From Octopus bimaculoides (Eukaryota), in NCBI RefSeq assembly GCF_001194135.2, contig NC_068986.1, forward strand, positions 22,046,558-22,110,557: a stretch of 64,000 nt of DNA. Reading direction: 5' to 3'. The stretch's first letter is position 1. Every line of letters starts with the position of its first letter. Of this stretch, positions 25,400 to 38,195 are shown in pieces. The position numbers were made by a program, and so were the translations under genes. The notes beneath the pieces were generated by a model. That model had not been told where the DNA came from and did not search any database. It saw only the letters and a list, made by a program, of their open reading frames with translations.

Positions 25400-26724
25400 T
25401 ACTAAATAGCTCTCACTGCCAAATGGCATATCAAAACTTCAGAAAACTATTCTAGTATCTCAGCAACAGAGCTTCTATGCAGCCTCCAACCTGCATAAAA
25501 CACCAACCAAACTCCCTCCAAAGTGCACCCTATTATCTTAGAAAGGGATATATTGGATAATTTGGCCCTGGTGACACTGTACTTGGAACAATGATGGGAT
25601 GGCTATGGCTGGATTGCTTTTGATTATATGTCAATTAAATTACAACTGACTCAGGACTAGCAACAACCCTGAACATTTTTCTTATAATTAGGATTCAATA
25701 AGTACAATCTTAGTTCCATAAAAAATGATAAATAGTCACATAAATAAATTTCCTATTGTACAAACAACACACACAAAAAAAAAAAAAATCACCATCGTGT
25801 TACTACCACAATACACACAAAAGACAAAAGTTTGAAGCATTATATACAACACAGAAAAGATCTAACAACTCCAGTGAAAAGATAACTGAAAACATTATTG
25901 CTGCAATGCAACAGATCTGGTTTATTATCATGGTCTATGCCAATTCTGACTGACCTTCCTTCTTTCAAATACAAATGAACAAAATATTTAAAACAATGCT
26001 TCTCCTTGCCACATCAAGTTACATTCATACAAACAGTGATGCTAGAATATCTAGCCTTAAAGACTACAAAAGCATGTGACCAGCACAGTTTTATGGCTGT
26101 AGACTGCTACAACTTATCAAACAACTTCATGTTTAATAATTCGCAAGCACCTAGGTGTTTAACACATAAACTAACCAAAGATGGGGGCCTTTACGTGGTC
26201 GCTTGACCAGCTAGAAATAGCAGCTAAATCTCCCTCGAACCACATCTCATCGCCTTAGGAAAGGCAGGTCACACTTGTTAATGTAAGTCTAGATTAGGTA
26301 TACATGTCTGAAAATAAGACTGAATGGTCATGGCTGGATTGATTTTGATCACAAATCAGTTTAGTCACATAGAAATGAGACTAAACAAAACTAATACTTA
26401 GAGCAGGCATGGTTGTGTGGTAAGAAGCTCGCTTCCCAACCAAATAGTTATGGTTTCAATCCCACTGCATGGCACCTTGGGCAAGTGTCTTCTACAATAA
26501 ACCCCAAGCCAACCAAAGACTAGAGAGTGGATTTGGTAGACAGAAACTGAAAGAAGCCCATCATGCACGTATGTGTGTGTGTCTTTGCGTCTGTGCTTGA
26601 GCCCCACTGCTGCATGACAACTAGTGTTGGTATGTACACATCCCTGTAACTTTTGGCAAACTGCTATTTAGCAAAAGAGATCTCAGAATAAGTACCAATG
26701 TTAAAAAAAAAGTTCTGGGGTAGA

Positions 26725-27075
26725 TTCATCATCATCATCGACATTTAACGTCTGCTTTCCATGCTGGCATGGGTTGGACAGTTTGACTGAGGCTGCACCA
26801 GGCTCCAATCTGATTTGGTAAGGTTTCCATGGCTGGATGTTATTCCTAATAACAGACCATTCCAAGAGTGTAGTGAGTGGTTTTTACATGCCACCGGCAC
26901 AACTGCCAGTCAGGCAGCACTGGCATCGGTCACACTCAAATGGTGCTTTTTATGTGCCACCGGTACAGCTGCCAGTCAGGCAGCATTGGCATTGGTCACA
27001 CTCAAATGGTGCTTTTTATGTGCCACTGGGATGGGTGCCAGTCAGGCGACTAAAACGTCTTCAAGGTGGTGTCCC
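26725..27075 (-). mobile_element. RTE 3' end (family C) with an internal 66-bp tandem repeat of about 2.5 units
   Basis: Unit starts ttttta.atgccac at 26881, 26947 and 27013. Confidence 0.75.
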
Positions 27076-27716
27076 AGCATGGTCAGTCTAATGACTGAAA
27101 CAAGTAAAAGATAAAAGTCATTTCTCCATCAAATTCAATAACTGTAAAAATTAACATTCTCTCTCAATGTCCACACATAAACCTCGAAAAAACTAGATCC
27201 ACTTTACCTCCAGTGACATCACTATTAGTCAATAGAATATCAAGACAGGCAGTTGCTCAAGCTGCTAGAAACAACAACCAAATCTTTCAAATCAGTCCCT
27301 ACTATATCAGAATTATTGAATCATGTATCCTTTATATATACTATGCCTTAAAAACAAAAGGCAAGGACAGTCATAATTTGGGTGCCTTCATTTATAGAAG
27401 CCTGCTAACCTAGGGTTAAATAGCAATAGGTGTAAAATTAACCAAGCAGAAAATTCAATGCAAATGCTTAGTTTAAAATAGTGCACTTCCTCTAACCAAC
27501 AACTTGCATGACACAATGCACAATGTAAATCCAGATACATTCACTGCATTGAATATGTTAGTTACTTCCAAGTGTTTAATCAGCTAATCTCCATGCTCTA
27601 AGTCTGACCAAGCAGAGTTATGACTACTCAATAACAACATTTATATTATTCAGTGACAGAGGTTCAATTAACAGCAAACAGTAGCTCTGCAAACTGCTGG
27701 AATGTCTAACTGATAT

Positions 27717-27922
27717 ACTCTCTTTTACTCTTTTACTTGTTTCAGTCATTTGACTGCGGCCATGCTGGAGCACCGCCTTTAGTCGAGCAAATCGACCCCA
27801 GGACTTATTCTTTGTAAGCCTAGTACTTATTCTATCAGTCTTTTTTGCCGAACCGCTAAGTTACGGGGACGTAAACACACCAGCATCGGTTGTCAAGCGA
27901 TGTTGAGGGGACAAACAAACAT

Positions 27923-27976
<54 letters not shown>

Positions 27977-28133
27977 GACGGGCTTCTTTCAGTTTCCGTC
28001 TACCAAATCCACTCACAAGGCTTTGGTCGGCCCGAGGCAGTAGTAGAAGACACTTGCCCAAGGTGCCACACAGTGGGACTGAACCCGGAACCATGTGGTT
28101 GGTAAGCAAGCTACTTACCACACAGCCACTCCT
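27717..28133 (-). mobile_element. Young full-length CORE-type SINE (family A)
   Basis: Highly similar to 12592-12991 and retains many CpGs. It lies about 80 bp downstream of the 28212 donor. Confidence 0.9.
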
Positions 28134-28211
28134 ACACCTATATTAAGTTTGTTTTCAAATAAGAAACTTCATGAGTATTTGTATTGTTTTGAAAAATAAA
28201 ATGATACTTAC

Positions 28212-28248
28212 TTTTATTCAACTTTTCTAGTTGTAAGTACAAAGGATC
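28212..28248 (-). CDS. Short coding exon (DPLYLQLEKLNK)
   Basis: Acceptor gattttcttttctttctcag| and donor aaaa|gtaagt; 37 nt. Only frame 0 is open (phase 0 to 1). Confidence 0.75.
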
Positions 28249-28560
28249 CTGAGAAAGAAAAGAAAATCAGGTAACATGTACATCAAATAACACAATTCAA
28301 CAGTACAGGTAGTCATGAAATAATTTGCTTGCACAAAAACAGGATATGTTATAATAAAGGAAAAACAACAGATTTTAAACAGAAACAATAACCAAGCGAT
28401 TGATGAAATGCAGAATTATGTGGCTGATATACTTCCTAAGCCCTCATTTATATCTTAAAATATATTTAACATACTGTGACTTTATCACTAGTAAAAATAT
28501 ACCAACCATATGTTTCAATTGATTGGTCAAAAACTGAAAATTTTAAAAAGGATTGTTTGT

Positions 28561-28746
28561 TTAACCCTTTAGCATTCAGATTACTCAGTCAAGTGTATCT
28601 TGTAGCTTTGAGATTTCAATGATGTGATTGTTTATTTCTAAAATGACATTGTAGGGGAGGTGCAAAAGGATGGATCTGATCAGTTTGAACATAAAACAGG
28701 TAGAATATTGGGTCAGGTATGGCTGGTTTAAATACTACAGGGTTAA
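28561..28746. mobile_element. TTAA-flanked MITE (second family); inverted copy at about 54116-54343
   Basis: ttaa-ccctttagcatt ... aaatactacaggg-ttaa, with imperfect TIRs. Confidence 0.7.
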
Positions 28747-28861
28747 CGAGCAGCTGTTTGGAATCTAATAATCAAAAGATTCTGAGATATATAAAAAGGA
28801 GGGTGGGACTACCATGGAACTTTCACCTAAATTTTTGCATTATCTTTCATAAGATTTTAGT

Positions 28862-29291
28862 TTAACCCTTTTGGCACCAACCCACTCGAGAACATCCATG
28901 ATTCTATGATACAAAGTTCATGCTTTAAAGTGGCCAAAATTAAAACTCTTCATCAAAATTCCATGTTATGTTCCAAATAACAGTTTACAAGAGGATGCTG
29001 AAAAGTTCCAAGCTTTAAGGGTATCGCAGAAAGCCTGGTTGGAGGCCCAACCATCCAAGTTCTTTTACAGGGCTTAAAAAAACTGAAGGACCACTGCAAT
29101 AAGTGTGTGTCTGAGAAGAGAAAATCATAATTAACTGATCCTCTTGTATTTTCTTTTACCCAAAGCCAGGAACTTTTCAGCACCCCCTCATAATAACTAC
29201 AAAGTTATATTACTAAAATCTTTACCATTTTCTAAATTAATTGAAACAAAGGAAGAATATTTTAACAAAAATATGATAATGAAAAGGTTAA
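28862..29291. mobile_element. TTAA MITE (family A) hosting a mariner MITE
   Basis: Starts ttaacccttttggcacc and ends gaaaaggttaa; the two halves rejoin across a TA site. Confidence 0.7.
28986..29192 (+). mobile_element. Mariner-derived MITE
   Basis: TIRs tacaagaggatgctgaaaagttccaagcttt and aaagccaggaacttttcagcaccccctcata, with TA ends. Internal GLKKLKDHCNKCVS resembles the mariner transposase C-terminus. Confidence 0.75.
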
Positions 29292-30177
29292 TTTTTTTTT
29301 AAATCACATAAATATAGGTACTTTTCAGTGATTTGCTCTTGGACAGGTTAATATAAAAAAACTCTTAAATATGTGGAAGATACCAGTAATATAAACCATC
29401 TAATTGATTAAAATATTGACTGAGATTTCAACGCTCACCACTGAAAATTATTAGACTTCAGCATGTAGAAAAGAAATTAAGTTTACTGAAAATAATAATT
29501 TGTAGCATTGTACAATTCAGACCAATATACAGACTGAGATCAGAGAAAAGGATGTTCTATCTTATTTCATTTTTTAAATTTTATATTGTATTTTGTAAAC
29601 AATAATAGTCACTGATTACAAGTTTCCAGCATCTCATTTATAGCATTTACAATGCCAAGAATGTCAAAGGAATATCTTTCTAACTTGGGCGGAAATAGAT
29701 ACCAAAGAGCAATTTTGTTTGAAAGTACCATTTTGTCATTTTTCTTACTGACATTTATGGCTTTCATTTGATATACATGTATATGCATGTACACACATAC
29801 CTTTTCTACCTTGGGACCTCAACTCTGGATGGAGCTGTAGGGGTGCATCATATATATATATGGTATGTCTTGGGTGTTTTAAAATTGGCTGAACAAATCC
29901 CTCTTCAGGTCTAAATGAGAAGCTATAGGAGGAGGGAGGGAGTGAGAGAGATGGTTAGTAATAAAGGAGAGATACAGTGGTATCTACTGTAACACAGACA
30001 CTTTGATGGGAAGGAGACAGTAAGAGAGTAGGGATACACATCGAGGGGAGTAGTAAAGTTGGACTGGAAGAAATAATTAGATTACTGGAATCAGTGTGTG
30101 TTAGAATCACTAAAATGTACTGACTGGCTACAAATAAGATGTAAGACAATGACTAATTTAAAAATTATCAAATCAAA

Positions 30178-30717
30178 TTTAAACCTTTTGTTACCATATT
30201 TCTATTGAAATACAATGTATTGGGTTTCAAATATTGTAGAATTGAGTACAATAACTAATTACTAAGCTGGTATTTAGAACATTAATTAACTTGAAATTGT
30301 GACAATTGGTTTAAATTTAGATCATTTTAACCCCTTACCCGGCAAAGACAAGTTAATTTGTTTTCACCCAATTTGTCTTTTTCAGAATGCGATGAATAAA
30401 CTTGTCTAAAACATACAATTTCAAAGACAGCCACACACGAGTTTAAACGTCAATTCTCGGTATTTCTCGATTTTTATCTGTTTTTTTTTTGGTTTTTTTT
30501 TTTACAAATTCCGCCCAGATGTCGAGCTCAGAAGATGACAATGAGTATGAACCTTCTATTAGAAGCCTGGATACATCAGATGAGAGTGCAAGCTCATCTG
30601 AAATGAAATGTCTTCTCCCCAAAAAAAGTTGCTGAGGAAGGGGTTAAAATAGGAAGTTTGTAAGACAGGACCAGGGATGGTCTCAGGTGGATTGGTATCA
30701 AAAGGGTTAAGGACTTT
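30178..30717. mobile_element. TTAA MITE (family A, reverse orientation) hosting a piggyBac-derived element
   Basis: Starts ttaaaccttttgttacc and ends ggtatcaaaagggttaa. Confidence 0.65.
30331..30643 (+). mobile_element. Internally deleted piggyBac-like element
   Basis: TTAA at 30327-30330 and 30644-30647; 15-bp imperfect TIRs ccccttacccggcaa and ttgctgaggaagggg. Internal MSSSEDDNEYEPSIRSLDTSDESASSSE resembles the acidic N-terminus of piggyBac transposases. Confidence 0.75.
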
Positions 30718-31599
30718 TATGAAGTAGAATTTGGTAGAAGCAACTCCATTTCTAAGAATAATATATTAGTAAATTTTAGTTGTGAATATTTTATTTAACT
30801 CTGACGCTATGGCTTCAGTGTGTCTCCAATAAATTTTGTATGGATAAACTTTTCACTCTTTTGCAATATATTTATTTCATTTAAGAGAATTTTTCATATT
30901 ACATTCACTTTGGTTTTATATTTAAACAATGCTTTGATCTTGAAAAGGAAGGATTGTGTATATAACGAAGTTTATTACATTTAAAGTCGTTATTTGTCAA
31001 TTTGCTTTAAGTGTATGACCTTGTAGTTTTAACTTTGATGTACTTTAGATATTTGAACTGATAAAGAAAAGGTGTTCCGGATCTTCTTTTATAGCATGTT
31101 TATAGTTTATTCCTTTCATGTTATAGCCTTTTGATAAAAACAGCTCTTCATTTTGTAAGTCGCTATTTTCTTATGCTTAATTGTTTGTAACTTTGTTAAT
31201 GAATAACATAAAAAGAGGCCACAATGAAACAGCTATAGCATTTCACCTTTTACAGGTTAAGGTACTAAAAAGTAGCCCAATGGTTTATATTAGCCATGAA
31301 TGTTGAGTGCTTTCAAGCAATATATGATTAAAATGTGATTAGTTTCATTAGAAAGACAGGAAGGAAATGGTGGTACCATAAACTGAGAAGCCAGAATTGG
31401 TGCTATTATAAACTGAAGTGTCAGTGTTAAACCTTTCTTCAAGACAAGCTATTATTCAACACCTCTCCACAACCCTGAGGAGAGGGCTGAGTAATAGACA
31501 AAAGGGTAATGAAATGAAGGGAGCAAAGAACATAATAATCAGGAGAGACCCCACTTTAGCTATTATTCATCTCAATCATTATCACCACTAGATCCATTT

Positions 31600-31930
31600 T
31601 TCCATGCTTACATGAGAAAGATAGGTCCTCTCCAGCACAGCATTTCACCACAAATCATAGTTCTTTGTCATCTCCTTCATGAAGTTTAGCTTCTTGAGGT
31701 TAATGTTCATTATTTTGTATCATGTCTTCCTTGGTACTTCTTTATACAACTGAAATCCTCCAGCAATTGACATTCTCCATAAGTACCTTATACTCACTCT
31801 ATCATAGTCTTCTTTCTTGCACACTACTTCCAATTCCTTACATATCTAATTTTTCTACCAACTCATTTGTGCTCCATCATTAATGTGTGTCATCATTATT
31901 TTATCTTCTCTTTATATGATACGGCATGGG
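31600..31930 (-). mobile_element. Decayed RTE LINE RT C-terminal fragment
   Basis: Frameshifted translation includes NELVEKLD..SSVQERRL...LKKLNFMKEMTKN.DLW.NAVLERT. Confidence 0.6.
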
Positions 31931-32432
31931 TTGAACAGTCCTAATCAGTTCTTATGTTGAGTTACTGCCCTCTTAGATGGATCAAAAACCATAATTAGTT
32001 CATATGCTCCACTCTCTGACATAGTTTCTGGATACCCTCCCTAAAGCCAATCATTTTATAGAGTATACTGAGCACATTTTAGCAGAGAAGTCTTTGGTAA
32101 GACTAAACAAATCTTCTTAGCCCTATGTATATGCACCAACCAATTTACTAGGTCTTTTGCTATAACCCAGGTTGATCAAAGCTTTGTGGGTGTGTTTGTG
32201 TCCTTGTTTTGACATTGCACAACAGTTGTAAATAACTACCGTTGCTATACAAGGAGTATCATTTGTTTTTAATCTTCTGTGTAAACATGCCCAGCCATGG
32301 GGAAATATTACCTAGCTTGGAAACAGGTGAGGGTCGGCAACAGGAAGGATACCTGATCATAAAAACCTGCTTCAGTGAACTCCATCTGTCTCAAGAAAGC
32401 ATGGAAAAGCATGGATGTTATGATGATGATGA

Positions 32433-32463
<31 letters not shown>

Positions 32464-34056
32464 NNNNNNNNNNNNNNNNNNNNNNNNNNNNNNNNNNNNN
32501 NNNNNNNNNNNNNNNNNNNNNNNNNNNNNNNNNNNNNNNNNNNNNNNNNNNNNNNNNNNNNNNNNNNNNNNNNNNNNNNNNNNNNNNNNNNNNNNNNNNN
32601 NNNNNNNNNNNNNNNNNNNNNNNNNNNNNNNNNNNNNNNNNNNNNNNNNNNNNNNNNNNNNNNNNNNNNNNNNNNNNNNNNNNNNNNNNNNNNNNNNNNN
32701 NNNNNNNNNNNNNNNNNNNNNNNNNNNNNNNNNNNNNNNNNNNNNNNNNNNNNNNNNNNNNNNNNNNNNNNNNNNNCTAATGAAACAATTTTATACAAAG
32801 TTTATTTTAGATTGAATAACATGTAAAAAAAAAGTGGGGGGGTGCAATGCAGGTATAAGAAAAGAAATTAAATAAAATTAATAATTCCTAGTTTTATTTG
32901 CTTTTTGTGAAATACATTTTCTAGCAAGATAGTTAATCATTAAATTTTGTGTGGTTGAAAAATGCAACATTTTTGGTATAAAATGCAGCTTAGCTTAATA
33001 AAAATTTGGATTAATAAGTTTTGAAGACTCAGGCTTTCAAAATAATAATATTCTATTATACTTATTTTCTATAGCATACTTTCTTCTCACTAGTGTACAT
33101 AAGCATGTATGTATGTGTGAGTGTGTGAAATATTTGCTTTAGGTCAGCTTTTATTGCTTTGTAAAATTTTATTGTGGCGTCAGCATTAAAGAGGTTATCT
33201 TGTCCTTGGCAAAACTAAAGGGTCATCTCTCTTTTGTACTGCCTCTGCAGTTGCCTCATTCTTGACATGGTTAAAGACTAAAGCAAGCTATTACTCTGCA
33301 CTTTAGTATACAAATTAGGAGAAAGAGGGACTGGCAGAAGAAAGACAGAGTAATAGTAGTGGGAGGATTAATAGAAGGGAGAATAATGGAAAAATCCTGA
33401 AACAAGGGAATAGAGGTGAACTAGGGTGCTAAAAATGGGAGCATGATGAAAGAAATGTAATGGAAGAGAGAGAGAGGTGGAGGAAGTAGACAGCTACATG
33501 ACAGGTGTTGGTAAGAAAATTGCATAGAAACTTAACCAAGAGGCAGCTACATGAGAGCTGCTGGTAAGGAGGTTGAATACAAATGATATGGCTGATATGG
33601 TGATATATAGAAAATCTAATTTTCCTGCTGAACTACATAGAAATTGCATGAACAAGAGAGTGATACCATAAAGAAACAACTAACTTTAATAATATTGCTG
33701 TTTAATGCAGTCTTACCACAGTTATGAAGAATAGATGAAATAAAATCTTTCCTAAGAAAATTGAAATATAGCTATTTCTGCAAACACTTTATGTATTATA
33801 TCAAGAAAACATTTAGGATACACAAAACTTTCTTTTTTTTATCCTTGAACTGAAAAAAAAATACACCTCAGAGAACATGTCCTGCACAAAATTTTAAACA
33901 GAATATTTTTTAGATATATCTGATCAATCTGTCTACACATATAGCCTTCATTACATGAAGGCTAACAGACTGAAACTTTGAAGTCACTGTTAACACTCCT
34001 GTAAAATTATAATATATGGATGCATGTATGTTCTCTTCTGTTTTTAATTATTTAAA

Positions 34057-35162
34057 CTAGAAAATCTACAATGGGGGCACAGAATGGGGGAATGAAGTCA
34101 TAACAGCAGTATGTATTGAGAAATCTGTAAATGGACTTGATAGATTACTGGGTGATGTCTTAGAGAAATCACATTATTGTTGGTGATAGAGCATTCTATT
34201 GCAGCTATATGACGTGTTTGCGACTAAGTGACATGTGATGACGATTCACTCCCGAACTGAAATAGGCTCCCAGCCTCTGTATCATGAATGGTTATGTGGA
34301 CCACTCCTAATGAAAGCTAAAGCTTTCTTCGACCACTACATAAAAACTATAAAGAAAATAATGTTATTTAGATATACTTTTATTTTAGTTGTTTACACTA
34401 TTTTACACATTCGAAGTTCACAAATTTCCTTATTTAAACTATGATAGCAAAACTTCTTTGCAGACAATAGTTTCTGTTTGGTCGACACTAATTTTCAAAT
34501 TACTGGAGTCTGTTGCTCTACTCATGGCGATGTATAACTGGCCGTGTGTAAACATCGGATTATGTAAAAATACACCTACACGATCTAAAGTCTGGTCCTG
34601 TGCCTTGTTTGTTGTAAATGTGCAAGCGGAATCTTTAGGAATCTGCCCATCTATGATGGGAAACAAAGGGATAGTATTGCAAATCCAAACCTTCTAAATT
34701 TATGACTTATACGGGGGCAAAACCCAGAGTTAATCCACGTTGTCGGAATTTTAACGAAAAAAAAAAAAAAATCAAAGGTAATTTATTAGTACAAAAGTCA
34801 GTACCAGTAACTGTTTATACACCAATAAAAGATTAGCCAAAGCTATCACAATCATTCCTTAATAAAGCTATCTTAAACTAAAACTTTCATACCTGGCATC
34901 ATAATTCAGTTGAGAAGTAACTCGACTTACTTCCCTTTTACTTGTTTTATGACTAATTTTTATTTACTTTTTTACACCCATTAACTGAACAGTTACCCTC
35001 AATATCCACTAGACAATCATACTTTCTCACATTTTTTTTCACTAAAAACCTGCCTGATTACCTCCTTCATAATCTGGAAAAACATTGTGACCATTGGTCC
35101 AGCCGTTTGACTGTGAAGAGGGAACAGACAAACAGACGGATATAACACCCATTATAGTAAGA
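34057..35162 (-). mobile_element. Non-autonomous Helitron retaining the PIF1-like helicase C-terminus (34439-34666)
   Basis: TTNKAQDQTLDRVGVFLHNPMFTHGQLYIAMSRAT...IVCKEVL matches the Helitron/PIF1 motif TINKSQGQTL..VG..L..PVFSHGQLYVA.SR. 5' A|TC at 35163/35162 and 3' CTAG|T at 34060-34056. A subterminal hairpin is not recognisable. Confidence 0.75.
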
Positions 35163-36014
35163 TTTTTCCTCTGAAGAAGGAGCTGGTTTCTAACAAAAAT
35201 ACAAAGCTCCAGCATTGGAATGTAAATAGCAAAAACAACAATGTCACATTTCAAACTTAAGAAAAATCTTGAATATTTTTTACTGCTTTACTTGCAGATT
35301 GCATTTGTAATGTGTAAGTTAGTTGGCTGATTTCTTTTTCTGAAAATCCAAGCTTATCCAAACTGTCAGTCAGGCATTTACTCACAAAACCAAGTACACC
35401 AATTATGTATGTATGTATACACACACACACACAGTAAGTACTCTGCGCTTACAGGCTGAATAAGTATTTGAAACATACTAGACACTGTTAAATACTTTTT
35501 ATCTGTTACCAGTTTTACAAGTGAACATCAAAGCACAAAGGTTAAAATGCTGAACCACAACCACTTAACTACTGGTTAAGTGGTCACGTGTTCGGATTAT
35601 ACAACTGTCTGGGTTCTGCTCCTGTACAAGGTACCTGTCTGGAGCACCAGCACCACTCCTGCTTTACACTTGAGTGACAGAAAGTAGGAAAGTCATCCAA
35701 CTGTAGAAACCATTGTTTTGGCACAGAAAAATGGATGTAAAACAGTGAAGTACAAAAAAAAAAAACAATAACAAACAAACAAAAACAACCAAAACAGACC
35801 TCAGAAACTGTGCCAATATCTAACATAAGCACTGATGCATAACCACTTTGGATAGCACATGAAATTAGTTTTCCTTTACTTAATGACTGGATTTGTCTAG
35901 AATATGAATAGCACTGCTGCAATTCTACATTCCTCCATTAACCATGTGGCTGGTTTCTCAATTATTTCCCCCAAGATCTTGCTGCCACTATTTTTACATG
36001 GTTCATACTTTAGC

Positions 36015-36397
36015 GTGGAAGCGCAATGGCCCAGTGGTTAGGGCAGTGGACTCGCGGTCATAGGATCGCGGTTTCGATTCCCAGACTGGGCGTTGTGAGT
36101 GTTTATTGAGCGAAAACCCCTAAAAGCTCCACGAGGCTCCGGCAGGGGATGGTGGCGAACCCTGCTGTACTCTTCCACCACAACTTTCTCTCACTCTTAC
36201 TTCCTGTTTTTGTTGTGCCTGTAATTCAAAGGGTCAGCCTTGTCACACTCTGTGTCACGCTGAATATCCCCGAGGACTATGTTAAGGGGACACGTGTCTG
36301 TGGAGTGCTCAGCCACTTGCACGTTAATCTTACGAGCAGGCTGTTCCGTTGATCGGATCAACTGGAACCCTCGACGTCGTAAGCGACGGAGTGCCAA
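36015..36397 (+). mobile_element. Young full-length tRNA-derived SINE with an 11-bp target-site duplication
   Basis: A box tggcccagtggtt, B box ggtttcgattccc, many intact CpGs. TSD catactttagc at 36004-36014 and 36398-36408. Confidence 0.9.
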
Positions 36398-36565
36398 CAT
36401 ACTTTAGCACACAGTGTGTTCTTAATTTGTTGGTCAGGCTCATGAGCTAACTAAACAGGTGATTGTGCCCAAGCAAATATCTTAATGACAGAGGTATGTC
36501 TGGACATCCATACCTATCTATTCGTTCATGTGTGTGTGCGTGTGTGTCTGTGTGTGTCTGTGTGT

Positions 36566-36609
<44 letters not shown>

Positions 36610-36915
36610 ACGCGCGCGCACATACTTTATTGAAATTAGTTAAACCACAAATGAAATTCTGGTATATATTTGTAACAACAAAATATGATACAATGTAATT
36701 AGTTGAGATATGTTTCAGGGTTACTATACCATTGATTTGTGTTTCAGTAGGTCATATAGACCTGCTGAAACACCAATCAGTGCTAATGGATTGAATAAAA
36801 CTATTTAGCAAAATCTCATTGATAATTAGTATTTGCATTTGGAGCAATCAGACTGTATAGAAAAGTGCTACAAGTTTAATAGCATTTGTATTAATGGATG
36901 AGTAATTTATGATAG

Positions 36916-36954
<39 letters not shown>

Positions 36955-37035
36955 ACGTGTATATGTGTGTATAAAAGGTTATCAATATAAGAAAGATTTA
37001 AGAGTATTTGAGATAGTTTAATATTTGATATTTAA

Positions 37036-37251
37036 AAGGCTGCAAGCTGGCAGAAACATTCGCACCCGGATGAAATGCTTAGCAGTATTTCGTCTGTCTT
37101 TACATTCTGAGTTCAAATTCCACTGGGGTTTGCCTGTCATCCTTTCGGGGTCAATAAATTAAGTACCAGTTGCGTACTGGGGTCAATCTAATCGACTGCC
37201 ACCCCACCTCCCTAAAAATTTCATGCCTTGTGCCTAGAGTAGAAAAGAATA
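37036..37251 (+). mobile_element. SINE family B copy about 50 bp downstream of the 37302 donor
   Basis: Matches the family B head and core. Confidence 0.85.
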
Positions 37252-37301
37252 TCTGATATTTCAGAGAAAAATATATTTTAATATATTTACATTGAACTCA
37301 C

Positions 37302-37552
37302 TACGACAATGTCATCTTTTTGCCTTTTAAAAAAATTTATTTTTAATTGGTGGTCTTTTTGGGGATATAATCTAAGATGATCATATGCATAACAACAACA
37401 AGGTCTCAGTTCTGAGTACAGTATTCCATCATAGATTTTACTTGAACATGAAGACGATTTAGTAATCGTTGGGAGATGAAATATTTCCTGGCCCTGAAGA
37501 GGAGAACCATTTTTGGGGATCCAGGTTTGGGTATGTTGTGTGTATAAAACCA
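37302..37552 (-). CDS. Coding exon (VLYTQHTQTWIPKNGSPLQGQEIFHLPTITKSSSCSSKIYDGILYSELRPCCCYAYDHLRLYPQKDHQLKINFFKRQKDDIVV)
   Basis: Acceptor atgatctctcttccag| and donor gta|gtgagt; 83 open codons in AT-rich DNA. The phase-0 end matches exon 28212-28248. An alternative phase-0 acceptor ctcctcttcag| lies at 37493. Confidence 0.7.
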
Positions 37553-37777
37553 CTGGAAGAGAGATCATTGGTGATGGTCAAGTATAGCACTTAAAATTTA
37601 ATTATTTAATTGTTTCTTTGATATGTATAGAAATTATCTTTAGATAAAGAAGATGAGAACAGCATGAACTTTATTAGGAAATTTATCTGAGATGCCTGTT
37701 CATAGGGGAAGTGCAGACTTAATGTGGATGACACTTGTAAGCAGAAAATTAGGGAGGAGTTAAGGGTAGCATCATAC

Positions 37778-37958
37778 GTACAGGGGTGGGCATTGCAGAA
37801 TGACACAGCATGTAGACTGTTGATGCACAGAATGGAGAATGTGAGGGACAAAAGCCAAATCGCTGGTGCATTCTATATTTGATTTTAATAAATCAAACTT
37901 TTGAGATTTGTCTTCCCTGCCTGTGTGTTTTTTCTTTCTTTGGCAAGAATTAATCATT
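37778..37958 (-). CDS. Candidate exon with ambiguous boundaries and frame (MINSCQRKKK...CCVILQCPPLY in one reading)
   Basis: Acceptor gatcattttcag| and donor tac|gtatga; 60 open codons, phase 2 to 0. A shorter exon in another frame (caacag| to ccct|gtacgt) also fits, so the structure is unresolved. Confidence 0.3.
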
Positions 37959-38130
37959 CTGAAAATGATCTGTTCTCATCACTAACAGTACAACTTTAAT
38001 TAATTAAAATTTCTTTGTTGATTATATTTAGTATTTTAGTACCCACTCTACTATGAAGTTTTTGAGTAGGAAGCATCCCTGGGTGTTTTCTTCACCCTAC
38101 TCTCTTTCTCCATACACACACACATGCATG

Positions 38131-38195
<65 letters not shown>

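Noticed and set aside
35167-35215. CTGAAGA followed by a stem (ggagct…agctcc), a possible hammerhead
   Set aside because: No GAAA follows the stem.
35560-35584. 10-bp perfect hairpin accacttaac/gttaagtggt (and a small one at 62883-62918)
   Set aside because: Short; plausible by chance or from repeat decay in 64 kb.
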